This document shows positions 6,622 to 15,116 of a DNA stretch of 32,008 bases, piece after piece. The stretch spans positions 1 to 32,008 of IMG/VR virus record IMGVR_UViG_3300025389_000069. The stretch is one strand, 5' to 3'. The notes under the pieces are model-generated. The model did not search any database. It had not been told where the DNA came from and saw nothing but the letters and a program-made list of their open reading frames with translations. Position 1 is the stretch's first letter; each line of letters begins with the position of its first letter. Source of the stretch: a virus. Lineage: Duplodnaviria > Caudoviricetes. The position numbers and the translations under genes are program-made.

Positions 6622-7377
6622 ATGGCATCGGAAAAACCTAACGGCAAAGTTATCTATCGCGGTTCATCACTATTTGATGGGACGCCGATTATTGTGGTGG
6701 CTATTGGAATTAATCAGAAGAGTGCTAATCGCAAGACTGGCAACATGATCCAGACTCATATTCTGCGGGAAGATGTCGCGCCGATTGAAGCAATTAGAAC
6801 AGGCGATGATGCTTCAATATGTGGTGACTGCAAACATCGAGGGGACGGTACAGGCAAGGGACGTACGTGTTACGTAAACGTAGGACAGGGTTCTACTGTC
6901 GTATGGAAGACATACAAAGCAGGCGGGTATCCGATAGCAAATTATGACGACATACCCTCTATCGGGTTAAATCGATTAGTACGCATCGGAACCTATGGCG
7001 ATCCTGCCGCTGTGCCAGTAACCATATGGCAAAGACTGCTACGCAATGCAATAGGGAGCACAGGATATACGCATCAGTGGCGCACACGGCCAGAACTGAA
7101 GGAATTCTGTATGGCATCCGCTGATAACGAGCACGAAGCGGCGGCGGCACAGCGTGATGGGTGGCGTACGTTTCGGGTAGCAATGCCTAACCATGCTACG
7201 CGGTCAAAAGAATTACTAAACGAAGCAATCTGTCCGGCCAGTGCGGAAGCAGGGAAGAAACTAACGTGTGATAGATGTTTAGCGTGTGATGGCACTGCGT
7301 CATCCCGTAAAGGTTCAATTGTCATTCAGGCACACGGCGGCACTGCTGTCATGTCAAACATAAGGAAAGCGGCGTAA
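6622..7377 (+). CDS. Cys-rich, probably Fe-S/metal-binding phage protein (Gp88-like/radical-SAM-related)
   Basis: CGDC...CYV, VRIGTYGDP, GYTHQW, MASAD, GWRTFRV and CPAS...CDRCLAC motifs; no canonical CxxxCxxC. Confidence 0.6.
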   Translation: MASEKPNGKVIYRGSSLFDGTPIIVVAIGINQKSANRKTGNMIQTHILREDVAPIEAIRTGDDASICGDCKHRGDGTGKGRTCYVNVGQGSTVVWKTYKAGGYPIANYDDIPSIGLNRLVRIGTYGDPAAVPVTIWQRLLRNAIGSTGYTHQWRTRPELKEFCMASADNEHEAAAAQRDGWRTFRVAMPNHATRSKELLNEAICPASAEAGKKLTCDRCLACDGTASSRKGSIVIQAHGGTAVMSNIRKAA

Positions 7378-7721
7378 TGAAAACCAAAACGACCTTGGGG
7401 GCGCACAGCCCCTGCGGAGAAAAGCACTGGTATCGGCAACAACGCGGCGAAAAAATATATTTATTACGTTGCGCTTTGGCTGATTTACAGGGGATGGTAG
7501 AAGAGATCGACCCGTCGGGTGACCGTGTGCATCCGGCATGGACGACGATTAGAGAGATTAAACAACTATTAAATAGGTATGACATGGACAACACACTCAA
7601 CACAATGGCACAGATAGAAAATTTTATTTTATGGTACGCAAGCGATGAGGCATTGCGTGACAAGTTGCTGACTGCCGCCGAACAGTACGTCAGCGAAGTA
7701 TTACCAAACGAGGAGGTGTGA
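7377..7721 (+). CDS. Hypothetical protein (start uncertain; 5' end contains motif copy 2)
   Basis: ATG overlaps the upstream stop (TAATG), with AAGGA upstream. Confidence 0.65.
   Translation: MKTKTTLGAHSPCGEKHWYRQQRGEKIYLLRCALADLQGMVEEIDPSGDRVHPAWTTIREIKQLLNRYDMDNTLNTMAQIENFILWYASDEALRDKLLTAAEQYVSEVLPNEEV
7397..7448 (+). promoter_or_regulatory. Hairpin + ACTGGTATC..CAACAACGCGG motif, copy 2
   Basis: GGGGGC-GCACA-GCCCC-TGC, then GCACTGGTATCGGCAACAACGCGGC at 7424-48. Confidence 0.75.
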
Positions 7722-7722
7722 G

Positions 7723-7893
7723 ATGAAGAAATGGACAGTCGTTTTAGTGACGAAGGAATATCACGAAATTGAGGTTGAAGCGGTTGATGCCAATTCGGCT
7801 ATCACTGCCGCGATTGAGGCAGGGATTGAAACCCAACAACCGGATGATACTGGCGATGCAGAATGGTTTGCAGATGAAGTGAAGGAGGTGTGA
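7723..7893 (+). CDS. Small acidic protein, DpnD/PcfM-like pattern, 56 aa
   Basis: Not in the track. MKKWTVVLVTKEYHEIEVEAVDANSAITAA...; AGGAGGT RBS. Confidence 0.8.
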   Translation: MKKWTVVLVTKEYHEIEVEAVDANSAITAAIEAGIETQQPDDTGDAEWFADEVKEV

Positions 7894-7894
7894 C

Positions 7895-8128
7895 ATGGAA
7901 TTAAAGACTATTGAGTTAGATGGCAAGCGTATTGCTTACACCGACATGACCGAGTTTTTTGTGCAGGTAGGCCGAGGCAAGGGTGCGTATAAAACTCGTT
8001 ACAAGATCACGGGCAATCTATCGCAAGCCGTGTGGTATTACCGCTGTATCAATGTTGGTAACGGCTACAAGAAACGCCTGTATGTGCCGACGTTCAACAA
8101 GCCGTTGCTTGCACGACAGTTTTCATAA
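7895..8128 (+). CDS. Small basic hypothetical protein
   Basis: AAGGAGGT RBS; packed ORF. Confidence 0.85.
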   Translation: MELKTIELDGKRIAYTDMTEFFVQVGRGKGAYKTRYKITGNLSQAVWYYRCINVGNGYKKRLYVPTFNKPLLARQFS

Positions 8129-8139
8129 GGAGGTGTGTA

Positions 8140-8337
8140 ATGAAGATTGAATTGACTCGCGATATGAGCGACATTAAAGAATACCGCGTGACCGTAGATG
8201 TGCATTTATGGGCATCCAGTCCAAAAGATGCACTAAAAAGAGTTCGCACCGACATGGATTTTTTGGTTGATAATAAAACAGATGGGGATATCAGTTGGTA
8301 TTTTCCCCCATCGATTGATGACGTGAGGGAGACTTAA
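8140..8337 (+). CDS. Small hypothetical protein
   Basis: TAAGGAGGT RBS; KEYRVTVDVHLWASSPKDAL resembles the neighbouring small ORFs. Confidence 0.8.
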   Translation: MKIELTRDMSDIKEYRVTVDVHLWASSPKDALKRVRTDMDFLVDNKTDGDISWYFPPSIDDVRET

Positions 8338-8338
8338 G

Positions 8339-8518
8339 ATGAAAAGAATGTATCTGTATCAGGTAAAACTGTACACGACAGCAGTGCAAGAACTGGAGGT
8401 TGAGGCGTCTAGTGAAGAAGATGCTATTGAGCAAGCCAAAGAGTGCGGTATCCGTGACGAACAGCACGACTGGGTTGAGGGCGAAGAGTTTGAAACAGAA
8501 GTAATAGAGGATTTGTAA
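8339..8518 (+). CDS. Small acidic protein, DpnD/PcfM-like pattern, 59 aa
   Basis: Not in the track. MKRMYLYQVKLYTTAVQELEVEASSEEDAIEQAKE...; GAGGGAG RBS. Confidence 0.8.
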   Translation: MKRMYLYQVKLYTTAVQELEVEASSEEDAIEQAKECGIRDEQHDWVEGEEFETEVIEDL

Positions 8519-8682
8519 TGACTTTAACAGTGCATTGTTTAGTGTGTGATCATACGTATGCAGAGCCAGAAGTTAATCTGGAAGAGTGCCCTCATTGTTT
8601 TAATGGGGACATGAGTAAGACGGTGTATCTGCAACCGAGTGAAGATGATTATGGAAGTAACGAATGGGCAGGAGGTAAATAA
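8518..8682 (+). CDS. Small Zn-ribbon protein, 54 aa
   Basis: Not in the track. MTLTVHCLVC...CPHC...; TAATG coupling and GAGGA RBS. Confidence 0.75.
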   Translation: MTLTVHCLVCDHTYAEPEVNLEECPHCFNGDMSKTVYLQPSEDDYGSNEWAGGK

Positions 8683-8683
8683 C

Positions 8684-8929
8684 ATGACGACAACATCTAG
8701 AACAAGAACAGTATATAAATTCAAGTATCTATACATAAGTGGGCAAGCAGGAGACGAAGAGGCTAGGTGGACATATGCAGAGCAAGAATATCCATCGGCA
8801 GAGGTGGCTGAGACCGCCGCACGTAAAGCATTAGAACGTCTGCAAGGGAGTCGGTTCTACGTAGGCAGTATGCAGATAATCGAGCGGACGATAACAATAC
8901 ACGACAAACTGTGGTCGGAAATAAAATAA
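8684..8929 (+). CDS. Hypothetical protein
   Basis: GGAGGT RBS supports the ATG at 8684 rather than the track start at 8639. Confidence 0.8.
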   Translation: MTTTSRTRTVYKFKYLYISGQAGDEEARWTYAEQEYPSAEVAETAARKALERLQGSRFYVGSMQIIERTITIHDKLWSEIK

Positions 8930-8933
8930 CCGT

Positions 8934-8984
8934 GGGGGGCGCAAGCCCCCTGCACCCAGACAACTGGTATCGGCAACAACGCGG
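8934..8984 (+). promoter_or_regulatory. Hairpin + ACTGGTATC..CAACAACGCGG motif, copy 3
   Basis: GGGGGGC-GCAA-GCCCCC-TGC, then ACTGGTATCGGCAACAACGCGG at 8963-84; intergenic. Confidence 0.75.
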
Positions 8985-8991
8985 GTTTAAA

Positions 8992-9276
8992 ATGACACCG
9001 GAAGCAAAAGTTAAGGCAAAAGTCAAGTCGATTCTCAAAGAACTAAATGCGTATTACGCTATGCCAATGGGTACTGGCTATGGCAGTTCGGGTGTGCCGG
9101 ACTTCCTAGTTTGTTATCAGGGCAGGTTCTATGGGATTGAGTGTAAGGCAAATGGCAATAAGCCCACTGCGTTACAGATGTTTAACCTGATGGAGATTAG
9201 GCGATGCGGTGGGATTGGTTTAGTAATTGATGAGACAAATGTAGATACATTAAAAAAGGAATTACAGAATGACTAA
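8992..9276 (+). CDS. VRR-NUC domain nuclease (Holliday junction resolvase-like)
   Basis: MTPEAKVK...GVPDFLVC...GIECKA...PTALQ, a PD-(D/E)XK VRR-NUC signature. Confidence 0.9.
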   Translation: MTPEAKVKAKVKSILKELNAYYAMPMGTGYGSSGVPDFLVCYQGRFYGIECKANGNKPTALQMFNLMEIRRCGGIGLVIDETNVDTLKKELQND

Positions 9277-9619
9277 AAAGAAAGAAGAGTTAGTTGACCA
9301 TGCGCCGAGGTTAACTGCGGTAAGAGAATCGATGGGTCATGTATGGGTTGAAGACCCCCCTGCATTGACTGACAAAGAGATTGATATGTGGATGATTGGC
9401 AGTGACGCGGTGAATAACCCTGTACATTACAACGTCGGTGGTATCGAAACGATTGACTACATTGAGGCTAAGGAACTGGGTTATCACCTAGGGAACGTCG
9501 TCAAGTATGTCTCACGTGCAGGGCACAAGGGTGAACGCTTAGAGGACTTAAAAAAGGCTAGGTGGTATTTGGATCGCGAGATCAACAATTTACAATGTGA
9601 TTCACAGGACGAAGAATGA
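9269..9619 (+). CDS. DUF3310 (T7 gp1.7-like/SaV-like) protein
   Basis: DAVNNPVHY...IETIDYI...LGNVVKYVSRAGHK...EDLKKARWYL. Confidence 0.9.
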   Translation: MTKKKEELVDHAPRLTAVRESMGHVWVEDPPALTDKEIDMWMIGSDAVNNPVHYNVGGIETIDYIEAKELGYHLGNVVKYVSRAGHKGERLEDLKKARWYLDREINNLQCDSQDEE

Positions 9620-10236
9620 TGGTCACAGAACAAAAGGCATCTAAGAAGATTGCTGACCTTACTGCCATCGTTAAGATGGTTGGTGAGATTAAAGATACTG
9701 TTGAAGATAACAAAGTTAACCTTGCTGATCTGCGTGACTGGCAAGAGACCTTGGAGATGCGTCAACGGGCGTTGGAGGATATGTACGACGTTGAGAAGAT
9801 GAAGAAGTTCATGAAGAACTTAGAGACTTTATCTGACATGGATATCGCCAGACGTGATGCGATCTTGAAGAAAAGTATCAAGACAACTATCACGGAACTA
9901 AAAGATACGGCGGCAGAGACTCAGCGTATGTTACAGGCACAATTGGTACGTGCGTCTACGATGACTGAAGTAATTAGGTTCATTGATGTTGAAGCCCCAA
10001 AGGATACATACGGCTCGGTACAGAAACTAATTGCTTGGTTAGATAAGTCAGACAAGTGGTGGATGCAAAAGCAATACCTGAGAGTGTGGCAGTGGGCGGC
10101 ATTGTTGGTTCCGAGTCGGCGTAAAGAATGGGAGGCTCGGTTCGGCAAGGCTTTGGACATGGAGATAGAAGCAGATCGTAGGCTTGATGAAGAAGAGGAG
10201 TTCGAGAATGACATCGTTAACGACATGGTGGATTAA
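9616..10236 (+). CDS. Coiled-coil hypothetical protein
   Basis: ATGA overlap; heptad-rich charged sequence. Confidence 0.75.
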   Translation: MMVTEQKASKKIADLTAIVKMVGEIKDTVEDNKVNLADLRDWQETLEMRQRALEDMYDVEKMKKFMKNLETLSDMDIARRDAILKKSIKTTITELKDTAAETQRMLQAQLVRASTMTEVIRFIDVEAPKDTYGSVQKLIAWLDKSDKWWMQKQYLRVWQWAALLVPSRRKEWEARFGKALDMEIEADRRLDEEEEFENDIVNDMVD

Positions 10237-10319
10237 TTTAGGTTGGGCGAAAGCGTGTTTGGTTGCGTTGATTCCATTAGTTATATATGGCGTTTATACA
10301 ATTTACAGGGATTTTAAAA

Positions 10320-10604
10320 ATGACGACTTCTAATGATATGTATGTGATCTTTAAGAATGATGAGAACGGTGTAGAGAAGTATTTGGCCAAGGCTCCGCCT
10401 AAGTATGACGCGGGTGTAAGCAGTTGCCCAACGACGATTGAGGTGGGACAGGCTATGCCGTTTCAGACAGCGCGGACGGCGTATGACTTTGCCAAGCAGT
10501 ACTATGGACTACAGTTGTTCCGTGTAGGGCGACGCAAGTGGGCTGGTGCAGTACGCAAACCATTTAATAAGAAACTGCGCGAAGCAAGTTTGTTTGGAGT
10601 ATAA
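10320..10604 (+). CDS. Hypothetical protein
   Basis: Packed ORF; start is 10320 or 10287. Confidence 0.65.
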   Translation: MTTSNDMYVIFKNDENGVEKYLAKAPPKYDAGVSSCPTTIEVGQAMPFQTARTAYDFAKQYYGLQLFRVGRRKWAGAVRKPFNKKLREASLFGV

Positions 10605-10605
10605 C

Positions 10606-10776
10606 GTGAACAGCGCAGACTTCATTGGGCAAGAACTGTTTGAGATCGCGGATGACCTGATGAAGTCTCAGCGCGATATGATTGAGCGTCAGAATGAGTT
10701 GATCATGCGGCTCATGGATCGCATAGATTGGTTAGAGAAACAACAGAACATGGCAGTGGGGATTAAAGGACTATGA
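10606..10776 (+). CDS. Small coiled-coil hypothetical protein
   Basis: GGAG RBS before the GTG at 10606; ATGA overlap with the next gene. Confidence 0.65.
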   Translation: MNSADFIGQELFEIADDLMKSQRDMIERQNELIMRLMDRIDWLEKQQNMAVGIKGL

Positions 10777-11153
10777 GTACTGAAGACATCGTTACTCGGC
10801 TACGTATGTACGCCGAAGACCTACACAGCGCGGGTGGATTCAATGGCTATGCAAGTGCTATGTCACTTGCCGCTGATGAGATCGAACGTCTACGTCAAAA
10901 GGATTCTCCTTATCAGATCGCCGTGCTTGATCGAGGGTTCGTTTATATCGGTCGTGTGAAATGGAACGATGATGTTTTGACTATCACCGATGCAAGATGT
11001 ATCCGTCGATGGGGTACAACGAAGGGCTTAGGCGAATTAGTGAATGGCCCGACAGAAGAAACAATTTTGGACACGGTTGGCACTGTCCACGTTCCAGAGC
11101 ATTCGCTGATCCACTTGATTGATGTGGTGGAGTCCGCGTGGAAAAATATCTAA
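10773..11153 (+). CDS. DUF6948-like protein with an N-terminal DIVTRLR...AADEIERLR module
   Basis: IAVLDRGFVYIG...DARCIRRWGTTKGLGELVNGP motif; AAGGA RBS. Confidence 0.65.
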   Translation: MSTEDIVTRLRMYAEDLHSAGGFNGYASAMSLAADEIERLRQKDSPYQIAVLDRGFVYIGRVKWNDDVLTITDARCIRRWGTTKGLGELVNGPTEETILDTVGTVHVPEHSLIHLIDVVESAWKNI

Positions 11154-11380
11154 CTTTAAACGGCGGCGGCGATGTCAATGGTTATGGCGATGGGTATAGT
11201 CACGGCTATGGTTGTGGTTCAGGCTATGGTTTCGGCTACGGCTATATGTTTGGATCAGATAAAGGCTCAGGATTTGGTTCAGGCTACGAATATGGCTTTC
11301 GTATGGGGAGGAGCGGTGACGGCTACGGCGATGGTTATGGCGATGGTCTAGGTGATGGCGATGGCGACATAGGAGTTTGA
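11138..11380 (+). CDS. Gly/Tyr/Asp-rich (GX)n protein
   Basis: About 30 Gly-X dipeptides (GYGDGY...) with varied codons; GGAG RBS before GTG. Confidence 0.7.
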   Translation: MEKYLTLNGGGDVNGYGDGYSHGYGCGSGYGFGYGYMFGSDKGSGFGSGYEYGFRMGRSGDGYGDGYGDGLGDGDGDIGV

Positions 11381-11381
11381 A

Positions 11382-11474
11382 ATGAGTGACCATGAAATGA
11401 TTACGTATTTGTTTTGGTTTGCGATTATCGACAGTGCAGTATATTTAATTACGCAGTGGAGAAACCGCGAATGA
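11382..11474 (+). CDS. 30-aa hydrophobic peptide
   Basis: Not in the track. MSDHEMITYLFWFAIIDSAVYLITQWRNRE; AGGAG RBS; ATGA overlap with the next gene. Confidence 0.55.
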   Translation: MSDHEMITYLFWFAIIDSAVYLITQWRNRE

Positions 11475-11746
11475 ACCGAAATGATATTATTCGGATGGCG
11501 CATAAATCAAATTTGGTATGGAGATCGGAGGCGTCAAGAAAAAATCTTGATCCATTTATATGCAATTGGCATGGAAGTGATGAAGAACTTTTTAATTTCG
11601 CCGCCCTTATCGCTTCACAGGAACGTGAGGCGTGTGCGAAGGTGTGTGATGATTTGGTTGCTGACGGAATGAGGGGAACGCCGGAATGGAATAGCGGCGT
11701 ACTGAATTGCGTCGCAGCCATCCTCGCACGGGGGGAGAAGCCGTGA
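11471..11746 (+). CDS. Conserved phage hypothetical protein (MxRxDIIRMA...EREACAK type)
   Basis: MNRNDIIRMA...FAALIASQEREACAKVCD...AILARG motif; GGAG RBS. Confidence 0.8.
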   Translation: MNRNDIIRMAHKSNLVWRSEASRKNLDPFICNWHGSDEELFNFAALIASQEREACAKVCDDLVADGMRGTPEWNSGVLNCVAAILARGEKP

Positions 11747-11910
11747 AGATTCCAGAGATAGCATTGTTTGCATACCAGACCAAAGGCGAGGCGCTTGAGG
11801 TTGCTAATCATCAAGAGGATGTTGAGGTAGCGACTGTCTACATCAAGAAAGGATTCAGCCTTGCTGAAGTCCCTGTGTGTTATCTGGTGCTGCCGAAGGA
11901 GAAGCAATGA
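11743..11910 (+). CDS. Small hypothetical protein
   Basis: GTGA overlap, GGAG RBS; fills the gap before the polymerase. Confidence 0.6.
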   Translation: MKIPEIALFAYQTKGEALEVANHQEDVEVATVYIKKGFSLAEVPVCYLVLPKEKQ

Positions 11911-13763
11911 GCATCATCACCATAGACTTTGAAACTTACTACGACAAGGATTATTCCCTGTCGAAGATGACAACTGAGGAGTACATCAACGATCCGCGCT
12001 TTGAAGTGATTGGCGTTGGGATCAAGTGGGACGACCACCATACGAAATGGCTTGTAGCAGGGACGGAAGATTTCAACGACGAGATGGAAGAACTGCAAGT
12101 AGTCGCATCCGACTGCGCCATCCTCTGTCACAACACCATGTTCGATGGAGCCATTCTTGCGTGGAAGTACGGGGTGATTCCGGGAATGTACTTCGATACT
12201 CTGTCAATGGCACGAGCCAAGCATAGCATGGAAGTGGGTGGATCATTAAAAGCACTGGCATCATATTATCAAATAGGAGAAAAGGGTGATGGAGCCATCA
12301 ACGCAATCGGAAAGCGAAGAAGTGATTTTACTGCGCAAGATCTTGAAGGTTATGGAGAGTATTGCCGAAACGATGTTGCTCTCACGTATAGATTATTTGA
12401 AAGGTTACAACCTTTCCCAAACGATGAATTCCGTCTCATCGACCTTACAACGAGAATGTACACACAACCCCAACTTAAGGTAGACGATGCGCTACTTGTA
12501 CAGAGACTTGTACAAGTCAAAGAGGCTAAATCAGAACTGTTAGCAGGGTTGATGGAAGCACTGGGTTGTGACAATGAGGAGGCGGTCAGACAGCATTTAG
12601 CGAGTAATCCTAAATTTGCCGCGTTACTAGAACAGTTTGGTGCTAAGGCTCCGATGAAGGTTAGCATGACAACAGGGAAAGATACCTACGCACTTGCTAA
12701 AACTGATGAGGGGTTTATTGAGTTACAGGATCATAACAATCCATTCGTTCAGCAGTTATGCGCTGTACGTCTGGGAACTAAATCAACTATTGAGGAGAGT
12801 CGAATTGAACGTTTTATTGGGATCGGCAAGCGTAATCGTGGTTTCATTCCTGTGCCTCTACGCTATTATGGCGCTCATACAGGCCGTTGGTCGGGGCAGG
12901 ACTCAATTAATTTCCAGAATCTACCCTCACGGGACAAAAGTAAAAAGGCTTTGAAGAATGCCATTCTTGCACCTGATGATCATTACCTAATCAATTCAGA
13001 CTCTAGTCAGATTGAGGCTAGGGTGTTGGCTTGGTTAGCAGGGCAGGATGACGTGGTTCAACAATATCGGAACGGCGATGACGTCTATTCGGTGTTTGCA
13101 AGTAAGATATTTAACCGCAAGATAACCAAGGCTGACCCTGTTGAACGGTTTGTAGGCAAGACCTGCATCCTAGGTTTGGGCTATGGGACAGGAGCGGCTA
13201 AGTTACAGCAGACTCTGTCTCTTGGTGGGGCTGACTTAGACTTAGATGAATGCAAACGTATTGTCAGTATCTACCGTAATGAGAACTATAAGATTCCCGA
13301 ACTGTGGAAGTACTGTGATATTGCACTGCAACATTTGATGTTTGGTCAAGGTAAGGTAATACGGCTTGGTGCACCAAAAACGGCTGTTTGGGTAGACCCG
13401 AATGAGGGGGTTCAGTTACCCAATGGTCTGTATATCCGCTATCCGAAACTACGTTATGGTGAGGAGTCTAAACTGGTCTACGATTCGCGTAGAGGGCTTG
13501 TAAACATATGGGGCGGGGCTATGGTGGAGAACATCGTCCAAGCCCTAGCACGGATCATTGTGGGGCAACAAATGCTACAGATATCAGAGCGTTACAAAGT
13601 CGCTTTGACTGTCCATGACTCTGTTGTCTGCATCGTACCCGATGCGGAACTGGAACAAGCCCTTGCGTTTATTGTGCAAGTTATGTCTACTGCACCCTCT
13701 TGGTGTACAGACTTGCCTGTGGCCTGTGAGGCCAAATATGGACGGACATACGGAGATTGCTGA
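11907..13763 (+). CDS. Phage family A DNA polymerase with 3'-5' exonuclease
   Basis: Exo motifs DFET, HNTMFD, YCRND; motif A DSSQIEAR, motif B RFVGKTCILGLGYG, motif C VHDS. AAGGAG RBS supports the start at 11907. Confidence 0.96.
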   Translation: MSIITIDFETYYDKDYSLSKMTTEEYINDPRFEVIGVGIKWDDHHTKWLVAGTEDFNDEMEELQVVASDCAILCHNTMFDGAILAWKYGVIPGMYFDTLSMARAKHSMEVGGSLKALASYYQIGEKGDGAINAIGKRRSDFTAQDLEGYGEYCRNDVALTYRLFERLQPFPNDEFRLIDLTTRMYTQPQLKVDDALLVQRLVQVKEAKSELLAGLMEALGCDNEEAVRQHLASNPKFAALLEQFGAKAPMKVSMTTGKDTYALAKTDEGFIELQDHNNPFVQQLCAVRLGTKSTIEESRIERFIGIGKRNRGFIPVPLRYYGAHTGRWSGQDSINFQNLPSRDKSKKALKNAILAPDDHYLINSDSSQIEARVLAWLAGQDDVVQQYRNGDDVYSVFASKIFNRKITKADPVERFVGKTCILGLGYGTGAAKLQQTLSLGGADLDLDECKRIVSIYRNENYKIPELWKYCDIALQHLMFGQGKVIRLGAPKTAVWVDPNEGVQLPNGLYIRYPKLRYGEESKLVYDSRRGLVNIWGGAMVENIVQALARIIVGQQMLQISERYKVALTVHDSVVCIVPDAELEQALAFIVQVMSTAPSWCTDLPVACEAKYGRTYGDC

Positions 13764-13996
13764 TGCTTAAAGCAGATGGATTCGACGACGCAATCGTAGG
13801 TGTAGGTACGCATTTCAATACGGATGTAATTATCTATAACTACGATGACTGTGTGCAGATTCTAGTGGATCGAGACGGTATGACGTACGAAGAAGCCATA
13901 GAGTTCATGGAGTACAACGTGTGTGGCGCATGGGCAGGTCAAGGTTCCCCAGTCTTTTATCGCGGTTCTTACGAGGAGGATGACTATGGCGGCTAA
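13763..13996 (+). CDS. Conserved phage hypothetical protein
   Basis: ADGFDDAIVG...DGMTYEEAIEFMEYN..GAW.G..SP; TGATG coupling. Confidence 0.8.
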   Translation: MLKADGFDDAIVGVGTHFNTDVIIYNYDDCVQILVDRDGMTYEEAIEFMEYNVCGAWAGQGSPVFYRGSYEEDDYGG

Positions 13997-14219
13997 AAAG
14001 AAAGCGAAGAAGGAACACGTTTACCAATTGAAAGACGGTGTGTGGTATCGATCCGCACATGGTAAGCCACCATACCATCATGAGTGCTGTGACTGTGGGT
14101 TAGTCCATATCATTGAATATAAATACGAGGGCGGCTCTACGTGGGAAAAATGGCAAAGAGACGAGAAGGCTACGACCAAGGCTCGGAAACTCAGGGCTAA
14201 AGAAGAAGCAGGTGGTTAA
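13986..14219 (+). CDS. Small metal-binding protein (CCDCGLVH)
   Basis: GAGGAGG RBS before the ATG at 13986; Cys/His motif. Confidence 0.75.
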   Translation: MAAKKKAKKEHVYQLKDGVWYRSAHGKPPYHHECCDCGLVHIIEYKYEGGSTWEKWQRDEKATTKARKLRAKEEAGG

Positions 14220-14865
14220 GTGGTCATTCAGCGGCCTTAAGGACTTCGTCAACTGCCCAAGGCAGTACAACGAGGTTAAACGTCTTCAGCGTTACGTTAA
14301 GAAAGTATCGCAACAGATGTTATATGGGACTGAAGTCCATAAGGCTCTGGAGGATTACGTTCGTGACGGGACAGAGTTGCCCAAGTTCTACCAGAAGTAT
14401 AGACCGATGGTGGATTCATTGGCGTCGATTCCGGGGGTCAAGTATCTAGAACATAAGATGGCTTTGAACCTTGCTTTGAAACCATGTGACTTTGATTCTG
14501 AAGATTACTGGGTACGCGGCATTGTAGATTTTATGGTAGTAGGTGGAGATGGAACTGCGTTCATTGTCGACTATAAAACTGGCAGTGCTAAGTACCCTGA
14601 TCCCAAACAATTGAAACTGATGGCACTGATGACGTTCGCGCATTTCCCAGAAGTAGAATTGATTAAAGCAGGATTGTTATTTGTAGCGCATGACGTATTT
14701 ATGCCAGAAGAATATCGACGAGAAGACATTAAATTTTTATGGGACGTATTCAAATGGGACTTGGAGCGTCTGAATATGGCGGCAGACACTGATTCATGGC
14801 CAGCGAATCCAACGCCGCTATGCAGGTGGTGTCCAGTAGTTACTTGCGAATTTCATAAGGAATGA
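14212..14865 (+). CDS. Cas4/RecB-like PD-(D/E)XK exonuclease
   Basis: WSFS..DFVNCPRQY, GTEVH, RGIVD, IVDYKTG, C-terminal CRWCPVVTC (four-Cys cluster). Confidence 0.92.
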   Translation: MVKWSFSGLKDFVNCPRQYNEVKRLQRYVKKVSQQMLYGTEVHKALEDYVRDGTELPKFYQKYRPMVDSLASIPGVKYLEHKMALNLALKPCDFDSEDYWVRGIVDFMVVGGDGTAFIVDYKTGSAKYPDPKQLKLMALMTFAHFPEVELIKAGLLFVAHDVFMPEEYRREDIKFLWDVFKWDLERLNMAADTDSWPANPTPLCRWCPVVTCEFHKE

Positions 14866-15116
14866 TCATGACTGAGAAGGCTAGACCGTACAAGAAAGAG
14901 TATCAAAAACAACTTCAGCGAGGCGAACATGAAGACCGTATGGAGCGTCAACGAGCGCGACGTGCGTTGGATAAAAAAGGAATCAGTCGCAAGGGAAAAG
15001 ATGTTGCGCATGTCAAGGCGTTGTCCAAAGGTGGTAGCAACAAAAATGGTGTGCGCCTTGAGCCGCCTAGTAAGAACCGTTCTTTCAAACGTAACCCAGA
15101 TAGTTCGATGAAATGA
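14862..15116 (+). CDS. Small HNH endonuclease-like protein
   Basis: GKDVAHVKALSKGGSN...LEPPSKNRS. Confidence 0.75.
   Translation: MIMTEKARPYKKEYQKQLQRGEHEDRMERQRARRALDKKGISRKGKDVAHVKALSKGGSNKNGVRLEPPSKNRSFKRNPDSSMK

Noticed and set aside
7424-8991. Shared peptide WYRQQRG in ORFs 7377 and 8911 as a conserved protein motif
   Set aside because: It is the translation of the DNA motif. Copy 1 is intergenic with a 1-nt indel, and VRR-NUC most likely starts at 8992.
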